DNA of 64,000 nucleotides, taken from the NCBI GenBank assembly GCA_965645245.1, contig OZ287085.1, forward strand, positions 868,001 through 932,000, written 5' to 3'. A program made the position numbers and the translations under genes. Numbering within the stretch: position 1 is the first letter of the stretch; each line of letters opens with the position of its first letter. A model generated the notes under the pieces. The model saw nothing but the letters and a program-made list of their open reading frames with translations, did no database searches and was not told the DNA's origin. This DNA comes from Massalongia carnosa (taxonomy: Eukaryota). Below are positions 31,816 to 41,921 of the stretch, piece after piece.

Positions 31816-34476
31816 CTATCTCGAATCTCCCTCTGCTCTGGCTATCTCAGCGATAGTTTCATCGTATGCCTCAAGGATAGGCCCGTAAAGCTTCTCCGGA
31901 TCCGGTTTGGTGCCAGTAAACAACAACAACCCATGCGTGAAAGGGAAGAGGATACCCCGTATTGTTCGACACAAATCCTTAAGGCAATCGAGTATTGAAG
32001 GAAATTCCTCCAAAATGTCCTCAAATCCATCAACACCCATATCGCCTCGTTTTCTTCGAGCGATATCATCGAAATCGCCCGTGTACCACATCGTCAAAAT
32101 GCTTTTCCTGGGTCTATCCACCAACTTACACTCAAACTCCCTTTCCCACGCACGACGAGCGCAGATCCATAGAAGCACATAAAAGAACGATTCGAGATCA
32201 TGTCGATAAGTATGATCGATTTTGCGTAGCACTTCAATCGCCATGAACTCCATTGTGCCTGTCTGTTGCCGTGCGCCGGTTCGCCCACCATCGACTATTT
32301 TCGCAAGGTCTGCGTCGATCAGCATCCCCGTGAAGCCGTTGGCTTGCTTTGGATTTGTTATTATGATGTTGTTTTCCGAGATGTCTCTGTGCAGAATGGT
32401 TCCTTCCAAATACAAGGATCTGTGCGCCTTGATCGCATCACGAAGTGCCATTAACAGCTCCGAGATCGAGCAGAAGTTCTTGAGTGCTCGTCCTGCCGGC
32501 GAGATGATTAAGCAGCCGAACACGCGATTGTCGAATGATGTGTCGCTTGAGTCACAGAAACTCGAGGCTTGAGCATTATCAAAGGCGTGTGACAATTCGC
32601 ATTCCTGAGATGATGAGTGGGATCTTTGACTGTTGGATCCCAACCGCTTCAAAGACTTTTCTTTGCTTTCCTCCGACTTTGGTTTCCTTGTACCGGCATT
32701 TTCCGGGGCTTGCAATGCTTCCTGCTCCTTGCATGACTTCGACTTGTGACTGATGGATGCGGGCTCCATGAACAACCTTCCTTCGTGATCCACAGACTTT
32801 CCGTCCATTGGCTGTGCAGTCCTCAGGGACTCCGTAGCATTGTGTCCCTCAGGTAGCCTTGATCTTTGACTGTTGGACCTTGACCTTTTTAAAGGTTTTG
32901 CTTCGTTATCTGCAGATTTTCGTTTCTTCGAGGAGGTCCTCGAAGAATTCTGGACGATGCTCAAGCGTCGAAACGGTCCGAAAGACTGAGAAAGTGGCGG
33001 CTGTAATTGAAAGCACGAGAAAGATGCTGGGGTGTTTGGCGAGGTACTGCGGAATCGGTGAGGAGCAGGAAAGGTCAAGCCACTGCGCATTTCCTGAATA
33101 CTAGTTATGCGGTGGTAGCCCAACAATCTTGCAACTCCTTTTACACCCTTCTGATGTGCCAATCTCAGGATATTTGCCTCCGGTGGCCGCTTCGCGGATG
33201 TCCATGAGAACTTTGCTACATCTTCTAGATCTTTGGTAAGATAGCAAGTTGTTCCCCGACAAACAATGGCTCGTTGCACGACCAGCGGAGCATGCTCCAG
33301 CCGAAATCTCTTTTCTTTTGCAGTAGCATCTTCCATAATGGTTATGAATAAATCTCCACCGTTTCGCTCAACGAATGTGTCCATGCCTAGCTCTTCGTCG
33401 TTCATCATGGCGTATCCCGCAACGGCTCGAATGAATTGCTCGGGTTCCTCGTGAATATCGAATTCACCAGAGCTGTAAGGACCAGATCGATCGAACACCC
33501 AAAGTTCCATGGTAGTTCCGTGGAGGAAAAATCCATGAATGAAACGGCGGGTCGGCTGGGCGGTAAACACATCGCGCATGTACCTGCCGAGTTGGAGGAG
33601 CAGAGTTTTGAAGTCATCCTTTGATTGCTTGTGCTCACCAATGACCCGGACGTCTTTCCACATGTGTGTCGTTTCTACCGTGTCGCTTCTCGGCTTGATG
33701 AAGAGGTCGAGCTGACGCAGGGCTTCAGCACCAGTAAGGTCCTTGGTACTTCTGGTTGTGAAGTAGACACCTTGAGTGTCGGATAGAAACTCATCCTGAA
33801 AACGGACTAACCATTCCCATACAGCATTCTGCACCGACGGATTGGGAAAGTCAGTCCACCAGCCGTCGACATGTCGGTGCTTCACGGCATTGTAGATCTC
33901 TTTGCCCCGCTCCGTCCACACCTTGCCCTCGAAATATTTCGAGAAGAATCCGCCAACCCCCCGGTATGTGCATCTCTTGAATTCATGGAAAAGCGGTCCA
34001 TTCAACAACTCTTTGGTCTGCTCATCACCTTGCTGTGAGGCGGAGGAGCGCGTGATGGGTGTGCCATCGAACGTGAGGGGGACGCTTGTGGGAGAAGTTG
34101 ATCGGGAGACAGTAACGATGAGATCAAAAACGGCGTCCCAAATGTCGACTTCCGGTGCATTTCGGACGACAAGTCGTACAAGCGCACGGTAGTGTTCGTA
34201 GATAAAATTACGATTCTGAACACGTCTGAACAGTGTCGAGAGTTCAGAGGCGATATTCTCGTTGCTAATTTTGGAGCAAAGATCAAAAGCCACTTCGTGG
34301 CCCAGTAAGACAGAGAGAAGTCTCGATATTGCCTTTTGAGCTCCTTGCCCTGAGTCATTGACGGCCGCATCATAAGATTGCTCCGCTTCTCGAAGTGGAC
34401 GTTGTAGATGATCTAGAGCGTTGCCCAAAGGATACTTCTCGATAATATCGCGCTCATCTTGCGAGAGCCTGGCCAT
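31816..34476 (-). CDS. Fungal-type protein kinase (FunK1 / Pkinase_fungal family), intronless, about 886 aa
   Basis: Motifs VIGEHK, QPTRRFIHGF, WVFDRSG, IVCRGTTCY, AKFSW, LHRDISENN, LIDADLA, TGTMEFMAIEVL and HTYRHDLESFFYV. First ATG at 34476. Confidence 0.92.
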   Translation of the reverse strand: MARLSQDERDIIEKYPLGNALDHLQRPLREAEQSYDAAVNDSGQGAQKAISRLLSVLLGHEVAFDLCSKISNENIASELSTLFRRVQNRNFIYEHYRALVRLVVRNAPEVDIWDAVFDLIVTVSRSTSPTSVPLTFDGTPITRSSASQQGDEQTKELLNGPLFHEFKRCTYRGVGGFFSKYFEGKVWTERGKEIYNAVKHRHVDGWWTDFPNPSVQNAVWEWLVRFQDEFLSDTQGVYFTTRSTKDLTGAEALRQLDLFIKPRSDTVETTHMWKDVRVIGEHKQSKDDFKTLLLQLGRYMRDVFTAQPTRRFIHGFFLHGTTMELWVFDRSGPYSSGEFDIHEEPEQFIRAVAGYAMMNDEELGMDTFVERNGGDLFITIMEDATAKEKRFRLEHAPLVVQRAIVCRGTTCYLTKDLEDVAKFSWTSAKRPPEANILRLAHQKGVKGVARLLGYHRITSIQEMRSGLTFPAPHRFRSTSPNTPASFSCFQLQPPLSQSFGPFRRLSIVQNSSRTSSKKRKSADNEAKPLKRSRSNSQRSRLPEGHNATESLRTAQPMDGKSVDHEGRLFMEPASISHKSKSCKEQEALQAPENAGTRKPKSEESKEKSLKRLGSNSQRSHSSSQECELSHAFDNAQASSFCDSSDTSFDNRVFGCLIISPAGRALKNFCSISELLMALRDAIKAHRSLYLEGTILHRDISENNIIITNPKQANGFTGMLIDADLAKIVDGGRTGARQQTGTMEFMAIEVLRKIDHTYRHDLESFFYVLLWICARRAWEREFECKLVDRPRKSILTMWYTGDFDDIARRKRGDMGVDGFEDILEEFPSILDCLKDLCRTIRGILFPFTHGLLLFTGTKPDPEKLYGPILEAYDETIAEIARAEGDSR

Positions 34477-34724
34477 GTTGCGAAAACAGGTATTCAACTG
34501 CGTGCATCGGTCATGGCAACTGATCGAAAAGAGGCTATCCCGTCTATTATGTTCCTGAGAGGCTCATCGCATGGTCTTGTATTACTCAAGGTATGATATT
34601 GACGTGACACGCGAGAACAGAGCACTATTTGCCTCAGTATGTACAATCGGGTACCGGAAGTCACCGTCCGATTTCGCTAATTAGCTAATCATCAAAACTT
34701 TCAACTTTTTTCAAATTGATACTA

Positions 34725-35370
34725 CAGTCAGATCGGGTTATAAGAAACTCCAAAATCGTAGCATCTAGGTTTCTTATTAGGCGAGGTTTCTAATATCAAA
34801 ATTCTTAGCATATTTTCAAGACTATACCTATCGACTATCTAATGACAAAGAAATCCGTCATTACAGCTTGCCTAGAGCTTATCGCCATTGAGGTTTTGAT
34901 ATCCCACTCTTTACGATTCAGACGACGTATCAAATCATCGTCACCGACCTCTCGTTGCTCCTCATATAACCGTAACGTTTTAAGAGCTCGTAGAGTATCC
35001 TTGTCTTGGAACGTGATACAATGACCTCCTCCTCCTCCGTCTCGTATTCCCTTTCATGGCCATCATAAATAGCAACCATGTGATCCTCTAAATCCTCTTC
35101 GGTATCCTCTACCACCTCTTCAACAGGGTTCAGAAATTCGCCAATACGCATGGCGGTTTGTATATGACCACGGTCTTCCAAACGCCGTATTGTAGCTTGT
35201 ATCTGTAGTCGTTGCTCCGTTTCTTGCTCTTGCGCCCGAGTCTCATTGAGATAGCCATATTTCTTTGCCTCTTCTCGAGGCATTGGCCCATGTTTTGCCC
35301 CGATTACACGAGATTTCAGTCAACCTTACGACTTACGTTGTCATTAAACCAGCGTAAATACTCCCGAAAT
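34725..35370 (-). mobile_element. 3' fragment of a pogo/Tigger-like DNA transposon
   Basis: TA followed by a CAGTCAGATCGGGTTATAAGAAAC terminus. The C-terminal relic reads AMRIGEFLNPVEEVV. The other end was not found. Confidence 0.5.
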
Positions 35371-36713
35371 ATATCGCCCGACATCCAAGCTCTGCTGTTA
35401 CTGCGTCATCTCATATGCAGGTTACAAGCGTGAACATCCTGTGTGTTGAGGATAGCCGAGATGTCTGCTTATAGAAAATGGCACTAACCCCAATGCGCAC
35501 TAGCTATTGGAAGTATTTGGATTGGACACCTTGGGATTTATCATCAACATCCCGCGTCTGATATTCTAGGAGACATTCGAACATTCTACAGTGGATTGAT
35601 AATGAGGCAAATATGTCAGCTCTGGAACTCCGACAATGACGAGCTTACATATCAGCATTTGACTGACCGATCACATAGAAAGTGGGAGAATCGTGCTGAA
35701 GGCAGGCAGCGGTATATAATGGGCTATATGTCCCCATAGATAGCCTCAGTCATTTTCAATCAATCATTAGTAGCCTGCCATTGGATCAGCTTGATCATCG
35801 CACGTGCTTTTTGCTGTTGTTTTCTACTTCCACCCCTATGATCCGTAGCCTCCGCAACAAATACTACATAAGAAAATAGACGAAAAGAAGAAGAAAGATT
35901 ATCACAACTTTCGATCAACGGTTTTTACAGACAATTGACTCAAGAGATTGAGTTTTCGGTCAATCGAAATTGAAGAAACATTACAGGCACACTGCTTGAG
36001 GCCGTCATACTTCACGATAAGCTAGACAAAGTGAGGCTTCCTGTTCTTGATAGGACGAGAAGGCGGTCTTACTGTTTCGTTGTTCCGGTTATTCCTTTGC
36101 GGTAATTAAATCAATTCATGTTAAAGCGCTGAGACTGGTCGGGACTGTTGCTCCTATCGGTAAAAGATATTTATTATTTCATTTGATTATCAAGCTTATT
36201 CGATCGGTCCTCCTCCTTCTACACTATAGGTCCTTCTTCTTCTATAACATCGGACCTTCTCTTTCTACAGCATTGGTCCTTCTCTGTCAGGGTCCTGGCC
36301 TGACCCGATATACTCTGGTAGTCACCGGACAGCGTGACTCACCTAAGCATTAGCGCGCGTCGCTTGACTAGCTAGCGCGCCATGGTAGATTATGTTAGGA
36401 GTTTAGCGATGATTATTATTTTCTTTCCTTTATTGTAGTAAAATTCTAGTTCATAGCTACTGAATAAAATCAGGGCAAGCTGCCTGACATCGTCCCTCTA
36501 TACTATCGGTCCTTACTACTGAGACGTCAAAGTCCTTACCTGTGAGGGATAAAACGAGTTCAATTTCAATAGCCTAGTTCTACACCAAAATCTTCAGACG
36601 AAGTCTAAAAGCTTTACTCGGGTGGAGTTCTATATAACCCCTGAAAAGTCGGTTCCTCGGCACATTACCTAATCGATGCTAGTCTGATGTCAGGTGACCT
36701 CAGGACCCTGACA

Positions 36714-39700
36714 CTACCCCTCCTCTGAGACCGCGGCTCCGGACGTCGATGGTTGACTGTTATTCATGAATAGGACATCCTTTGGGGCGTTGGGTTTTCC
36801 TTTATTGTCTGTATGAAATTTTCTGATTTCTTCTTTGGCGCGAATGAAATCAGTCCATGGCTGCCAAGGTGGGTTTGCGTTCCAGTCATCCCATGAGCCG
36901 ATATAGGTTGCTTTATACTGAGTGCCGTATTTCTTAGTTTCACGGCAGTCGACGATTTCGAGGACTTCATATTCTTCATGAGGACTGGATTCGGCGTCTT
37001 CTTGAATCAGTATCGGGGGACTCGGTTCAATAAGTTGACCGGGGAATGGGTTCGTAGGAGCCAGATGAAGTTTCCATGGATGAAATATGGGTGTGAGCCC
37101 CACTCTTTTCAAGTGTTCGGGAATTTCCAATTCATAGGCCTTGTTATCTATGTTTCGGATGATTTTCCATGGCCCCGCGTTTTTGGAACTCAGGGAGCGA
37201 CTCTGCTTGTCGACGGAGAAATCTTTGGTGTTGACATATACCATGTCTCCTATCTTGTAGTCTGGATGTGGGGCCCGCGACTCATTGGCATATCTCATCT
37301 GATCTGCCTGTGCCCAGGTTAGGTGCTCGATAAGCCATTTGGTCATGGCTTCTTGTCGGGCGGTTATTTTGTCTGCCGACATCAGTTCCGCGCGTCCGGT
37401 GACATTTGAGTCAAAAGGCTGAGGCGGCTCCGAGCCACTACGAGGGTGATAACCGTGATCAGCGAAGAAGGGGGACATTCCGGTTGAAGCGTTCGTATGA
37501 TTACTGACTGCAAATTCGGCATCTGGTAAGTAGTCCACCCAGTCGTCTTGAGCATGTCTGACGTATGCTCTCAGGTAGTTCTTCATAACCTTATTCGCAT
37601 TTTCGTTTTGACCATCTGTTTCTGGATGATGCGCGGAGGACGGTTTCGATTTGACTCCTAATCGCTGACAAATTCGCTTCCACAGATGGGCTGTCAATTG
37701 CGTCCCGCGATCGTGGACGATGGAGTTTGGCAAGCCGTATGTTGAAAAGACCCGACGTTTGAGGACTTCTAGTACGTCCTTCGTGCCTATATCCACCATA
37801 GGTTCGTACAACCTACGTTTGGTCAATCTGTCCACGATAACCAAGATATTTTCGTACGTCCGGCCCCGTCTGTGACATTTGGGCAGTTTGACTACAAAGT
37901 CCAGAGATAAGTCTGTCCATTTTCTTTGAGGTATGGGTAGTGGGGCTAATAGTCCCTGTTTCTGATCGTTGTACGCCTTGGACCTTCGGCATGTAGAGCA
38001 GTTAGTAGCGTATCTTCGACAATCATCCTTCATGGACATCCAGAAATAGTTCTCCAGCATTTTGGCATACATGCCTCGATACCCGGGGTGTCCTTGCATC
38101 GGGGGATTATGATGATCCGATAAAAGACGCAGCTTCAGCTTGTCGAAATTCGGAATGAAGAGGCGTGTTTTGTAGTATAGTCTTTCGTGACGGACTTCCA
38201 AGTCACCCATCGCCAGTCTCAGCCCGTTGCTTAGAATTTTATCGGGCAATTTCTTCAGATTTTCCAACTTAGCCTTCATGACTTCCTGAATCATTGCGTC
38301 TTCTTGATATGCCTCCGCTAAAAGATTTTCTAATAATTCATCAGGCTTTTCTGCATCCGAATCATCATTCGAATTGATTGTGAACTCCTCTACCGTCAAG
38401 TCCTCTACTTCCTCATCCCTGATTTGATCGGATGAGTCAGTAGTAATGTTGTCTTCAACCCGTTCTCGATTGGCCATGGATCTGGTTGTCACGTACAGCT
38501 TCAGGTCCTGTTTCACTTCATCGTCCAGCTGATTTTCTTTTAGCAGCACCTGATATTGATATCTGGTGCGATCATCCTCCGCGTCCATCGGCAGATCTTG
38601 CTCTCTTCTGGTGAGGGCGTCCGGTTTGCCCCCTTGCTTGCCTGGTCTATACATAATGCGAAAATTATATTCCGCCAGCATCTCAGCCCAACGCACTTGA
38701 CGGCGATTTAGTTGTTTCAAAGTCATGAAGGTCTCCAGATTCTTATGATCTGAGTAGACCTTTGTTGATTGCTCCACTCCCGCTAGCTCCGGTCTCCAGA
38801 TGACGAAACTTTCTACGATGGCTAGGAGTTCTTTATCGTAGATTTCATAATTGCATTCGGCGGGGCTCATCTTCTTCGAGAAATAAGCCACGGGTTTCAG
38901 AACGCCTTCATGCATCTGAGAGAGTATCCCCGATACTACGAAGTCAGATGCGTCTGTCTCCACCCAGGTCTCTAGCCTTGGGTCGTAATGAGCAAGAATC
39001 GGCGCAGAGGTAAAAGAAATCTTCATGTCTTCGAAAGCTTGCTGACATTCAGTGGTCCACACGAAGTCTTGATACTTGGTGCGTCTCTTTCCGCCTTTCG
39101 TGACATATTGCTCTCCGCGGGTTAGCTCGGTCAGACACTTCACCTTTTCGGAGAATCGCTCAATGAAGCGACGATAGAAGTTAGCGAATCCAAGAAAGGA
39201 CTGCACCTCTTTTACTGACGCGGGCGTCTTCCATTCTAGTATGGCCGTCACCTTTTCTGGGTCCATTCTAACGCCATTCACCCCCACGAACATTCCGAGG
39301 TACTTGACTTCGGAGACAGAGAATTCACACTTGTCTATGTCCAGTTGAAGTTCTCTTTCTTTCAGACGACGAAGTACCTTCAGTACCTGCTCGATGTGCT
39401 CCGTTTCTGTTTCACTGAACACCAGTAGGTCGTCCAGATAGGCGGTGACGAAATAATCTAAGTATTCTCGCAGGGAGTTATTGATATAGCTCTGAAATGT
39501 TGATGGAGCGTTGCATAGTCCGAAGGGCATCACAAGATATTCAAATTGACCGTATCGAGTATTGAACGCCGTGAGCCACTCTTGTCCCTCTTTAATCCTC
39601 ATCCTATTGAATGCATGAATGACGTCCAATTTAGTAAACCACTTTGCTTTGGCGAGTTTCGCCAATGTCTCGCTGATCAATGGAATGGGGTATCGACTTT

Positions 39701-40784
39701 TCTCCGTGATATTATTCAGATCTCGATAATCTACGCAAAAGCGAAGACCCCCGCCTGGTTTCCTGACCAATAGTACTGGCGCGGCCGCCTTTGACGAGCT
39801 CGGACGAATAAACCCTTTTGCTAAGTGCTCATCTAGATATTTTCTTACCGCGGTCAATTCCTGTTCGGACATGGGCCGATAATTCTTGATGAACGGGGGC
39901 TCGATCCCGGGTATCAAATTGATTTCGTGATCCTCTTTTCGATGAGGTGCCGACTCGTCTGCCTTAGCCCTCATGAAGACTTCAATCTCGCCATGATAGG
40001 CCTCGGGTACTCGTTTTTTCAATTCTTCCAGAGTATATTCGACTTTGTCTTTCATGAACTTCTCATGATCGTCGCTGGTGACTGCGTTGATACTTGAAGC
40101 AGTCAGAAGCTTCTTCTCGTACCTATCTAACTTCTTGTTGAGCTTTTCCCTCGGATAGAAACAGTAAGTCTGATGACCCGATCTTCGAAGAAGTTTCATA
40201 AATCGCTTCGGGGTGAGGGACTGAATATCGAAATTTTCAAAGGCCTCGTTCTTTGCTGAGGCAGTCGTTTCCTTCTCCAAGATTGTGGATTCAAATTTTG
40301 AGACTGAATGAGATCGAGGTGCGCATCCCTTACTGACGCACCGATTAGAGAACGTCATGGTGCGTTCAACCCAATCAATGTGAGGGTTATGCTCCTGCAG
40401 CCATCCATCACCGATGATCAAGGTATGATTACCTATGTCGGCCAGATAGCAGAATAACTTTTCCTCATGATCTCCGATTCTGACGGGAACGATAACGGCC
40501 TTATCAATGATTTGATGGACTTTTCCATCCCCAAGTTCCAGTCTGACCCTGTCTCTTTTTTTTAGTCTAATGGTCTCTAGTTTTCTTTTGCGCGCAAAGG
40601 ATTCATGAAGAAATTGAACTTCACTTCCGTTATCGATCATCAACTGATTTTCATTAGAGGCTATACTACATCTAAATAAAAGATGCTTGCCCGGAACGAG
40701 ATGATCGACAGAAAGAACAGATGCTCTAACAACCCTTAATGAAACTTCTCGACATTCCTGATGGCGACTATCATCAGGAATCAT
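36714..40784 (-). CDS. pol: Pol of G3 (PR-RT-RH-IN-chromodomain-like)
   Basis: 1356-aa ORF with MIDNGSE (PR), YLDD, ETDASD, HH..GH..C..C, LDF..HDRG..DGQNE, GPW and YEVLEIVDCR. The stop codon abuts the LTR. Confidence 0.93.
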   Translation of the reverse strand: MIPDDSRHQECREVSLRVVRASVLSVDHLVPGKHLLFRCSIASNENQLMIDNGSEVQFLHESFARKRKLETIRLKKRDRVRLELGDGKVHQIIDKAVIVPVRIGDHEEKLFCYLADIGNHTLIIGDGWLQEHNPHIDWVERTMTFSNRCVSKGCAPRSHSVSKFESTILEKETTASAKNEAFENFDIQSLTPKRFMKLLRRSGHQTYCFYPREKLNKKLDRYEKKLLTASSINAVTSDDHEKFMKDKVEYTLEELKKRVPEAYHGEIEVFMRAKADESAPHRKEDHEINLIPGIEPPFIKNYRPMSEQELTAVRKYLDEHLAKGFIRPSSSKAAAPVLLVRKPGGGLRFCVDYRDLNNITEKSRYPIPLISETLAKLAKAKWFTKLDVIHAFNRMRIKEGQEWLTAFNTRYGQFEYLVMPFGLCNAPSTFQSYINNSLREYLDYFVTAYLDDLLVFSETETEHIEQVLKVLRRLKERELQLDIDKCEFSVSEVKYLGMFVGVNGVRMDPEKVTAILEWKTPASVKEVQSFLGFANFYRRFIERFSEKVKCLTELTRGEQYVTKGGKRRTKYQDFVWTTECQQAFEDMKISFTSAPILAHYDPRLETWVETDASDFVVSGILSQMHEGVLKPVAYFSKKMSPAECNYEIYDKELLAIVESFVIWRPELAGVEQSTKVYSDHKNLETFMTLKQLNRRQVRWAEMLAEYNFRIMYRPGKQGGKPDALTRREQDLPMDAEDDRTRYQYQVLLKENQLDDEVKQDLKLYVTTRSMANRERVEDNITTDSSDQIRDEEVEDLTVEEFTINSNDDSDAEKPDELLENLLAEAYQEDAMIQEVMKAKLENLKKLPDKILSNGLRLAMGDLEVRHERLYYKTRLFIPNFDKLKLRLLSDHHNPPMQGHPGYRGMYAKMLENYFWMSMKDDCRRYATNCSTCRRSKAYNDQKQGLLAPLPIPQRKWTDLSLDFVVKLPKCHRRGRTYENILVIVDRLTKRRLYEPMVDIGTKDVLEVLKRRVFSTYGLPNSIVHDRGTQLTAHLWKRICQRLGVKSKPSSAHHPETDGQNENANKVMKNYLRAYVRHAQDDWVDYLPDAEFAVSNHTNASTGMSPFFADHGYHPRSGSEPPQPFDSNVTGRAELMSADKITARQEAMTKWLIEHLTWAQADQMRYANESRAPHPDYKIGDMVYVNTKDFSVDKQSRSLSSKNAGPWKIIRNIDNKAYELEIPEHLKRVGLTPIFHPWKLHLAPTNPFPGQLIEPSPPILIQEDAESSPHEEYEVLEIVDCRETKKYGTQYKATYIGSWDDWNANPPWQPWTDFIRAKEEIRKFHTDNKGKPNAPKDVLFMNNSQPSTSGAAVSEEG

Positions 40785-41390
40785 TCTTTTTCCGAGTCCT
40801 CGGACTCGGATGAGTCTTCTCGAATGGCGACTCTACTGAGATTCACTGCTTGCCTAATGCAACAGGGGTCTCGGCCCCTATGCCCTGATCCTCTGCACGA
40901 CCAACATCGGCCCTGTCGTGACAGAGTCTCTCGTTCCCCGTCCTCCAACTTGGGCGGGTGAAGCGTCCCCTCGTACCAAGCTCCTACCCATCCTTCCGGT
41001 TTGGTCGAGACCTGTCCGAATTTCGAGTTCGGGTTGGCGGAGATGGCGGAGTTGGTCGTAGTCGCTTTTGGTTTGACTGTGATCGAGGTACTGGAGGTGG
41101 CGGTCGTGGTTTTGTTTAAACCACGACCGACGGAAGAAGAAGGAGAAGTCGTCGTTTTCGCGGGCTTCTGAGATTCCGACTTCGCGTACTTCTGATTCAT
41201 CTCCTTTCTTCCCTGTTCGATTTTCCTGGCTTCATGCAAGAGGGTTTCTAGACTGATGAAGTCCCGTCCCAATAGAGACAGCGCGATGTTCGGCCGCAGG
41301 GTGTCCTTGAACGTCTCAATTCTCTCATCCGCGGGGGTTTTTGCACGTTGCCAGAGTTTGAACATTCGATGATAGTATTCAGTCGACGTC
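40781..41390 (-). pseudogene. gag: C-terminal part of G3 gag
   Basis: CWSCRGSGHRGRDPCC knuckle. The gag stop overlaps the pol ATG (ATGA), and the 5' part is missing. Confidence 0.75.
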
Positions 41391-41399
41391 CGGGCGGGT

Positions 41400-41921
41400 T
41401 ATTACTGCAGCGAAATTGATGGATCTATAAGAGGGACAGTAGACACTAGTCTTTATGGGTTATAATGCTTAGTGTGACTGCTAATAGATTGGTAGGTGCT
41501 AAAGCTAAAAGCTGATTCCCTGAAGATAGGAATCGAGCTTTCTATATACCCCTTGGGGTCCTATTTACTAACTACTTAGCTGGTTACCTGTCTGCCTTGT
41601 TGCCTTCAGCTGAGGTCTAGTAGATAGCCTTGCTGCCTTCAGCTGAGGTCTAGCAGATAACCTTGTTGCCTTCAGCTGAGGTCTAGAAGATAGCCTTGTT
41701 GCCTTCAGCTGAGGTCTCCTAGGCGTCCCAGGCCTCCCATGAGATCGAGGCTTATCTGAATAGCTTCAGTTGCTGCCTAACAAACTGGTAAGGCTGATTG
41801 CTGATGGCTTAGTATTGCTATCAGCCTTATCATGACTATGCATCCGGATTATCAGTTACCCGGTCTTCTTGGGTGAGTCATCCCAGGAGCTAGCGCAGTC
41901 CTGTATTGCCGCGCTATTACA
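41400..41921. repeat. Probable solo LTR with a 33-bp tandem array (about 4 units, 41594-41718)
   Basis: Array unit GCCTTGTTGCCTTCAGCTGAGGTCTAGNAGATA and a CA end at 41921. No matching TSD. Confidence 0.55.

Larger units (their letters stand above)
36285..41390 (-). mobile_element. 5'-truncated Ty3/Gypsy chromovirus (element G3)
   Basis: 3' LTR at 36285-36713 with 13-bp terminal inverted repeats (TGTCAGGGTCCTG) and an adjacent PPT (GAGGAGGGGTAG on minus). Pol is intact, gag is cut off at about 41390, and there is no 5' LTR. Confidence 0.9.

Noticed and set aside
27888..34720. FunK1 as cargo of a Tc1-like element starting at about 27888
   Set aside because: No matching second TIR was found beyond the kinase.
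35386..35940. Possible additional solo LTR
   Set aside because: TG and CA ends can be chosen, but no TSD or second copy supports them.
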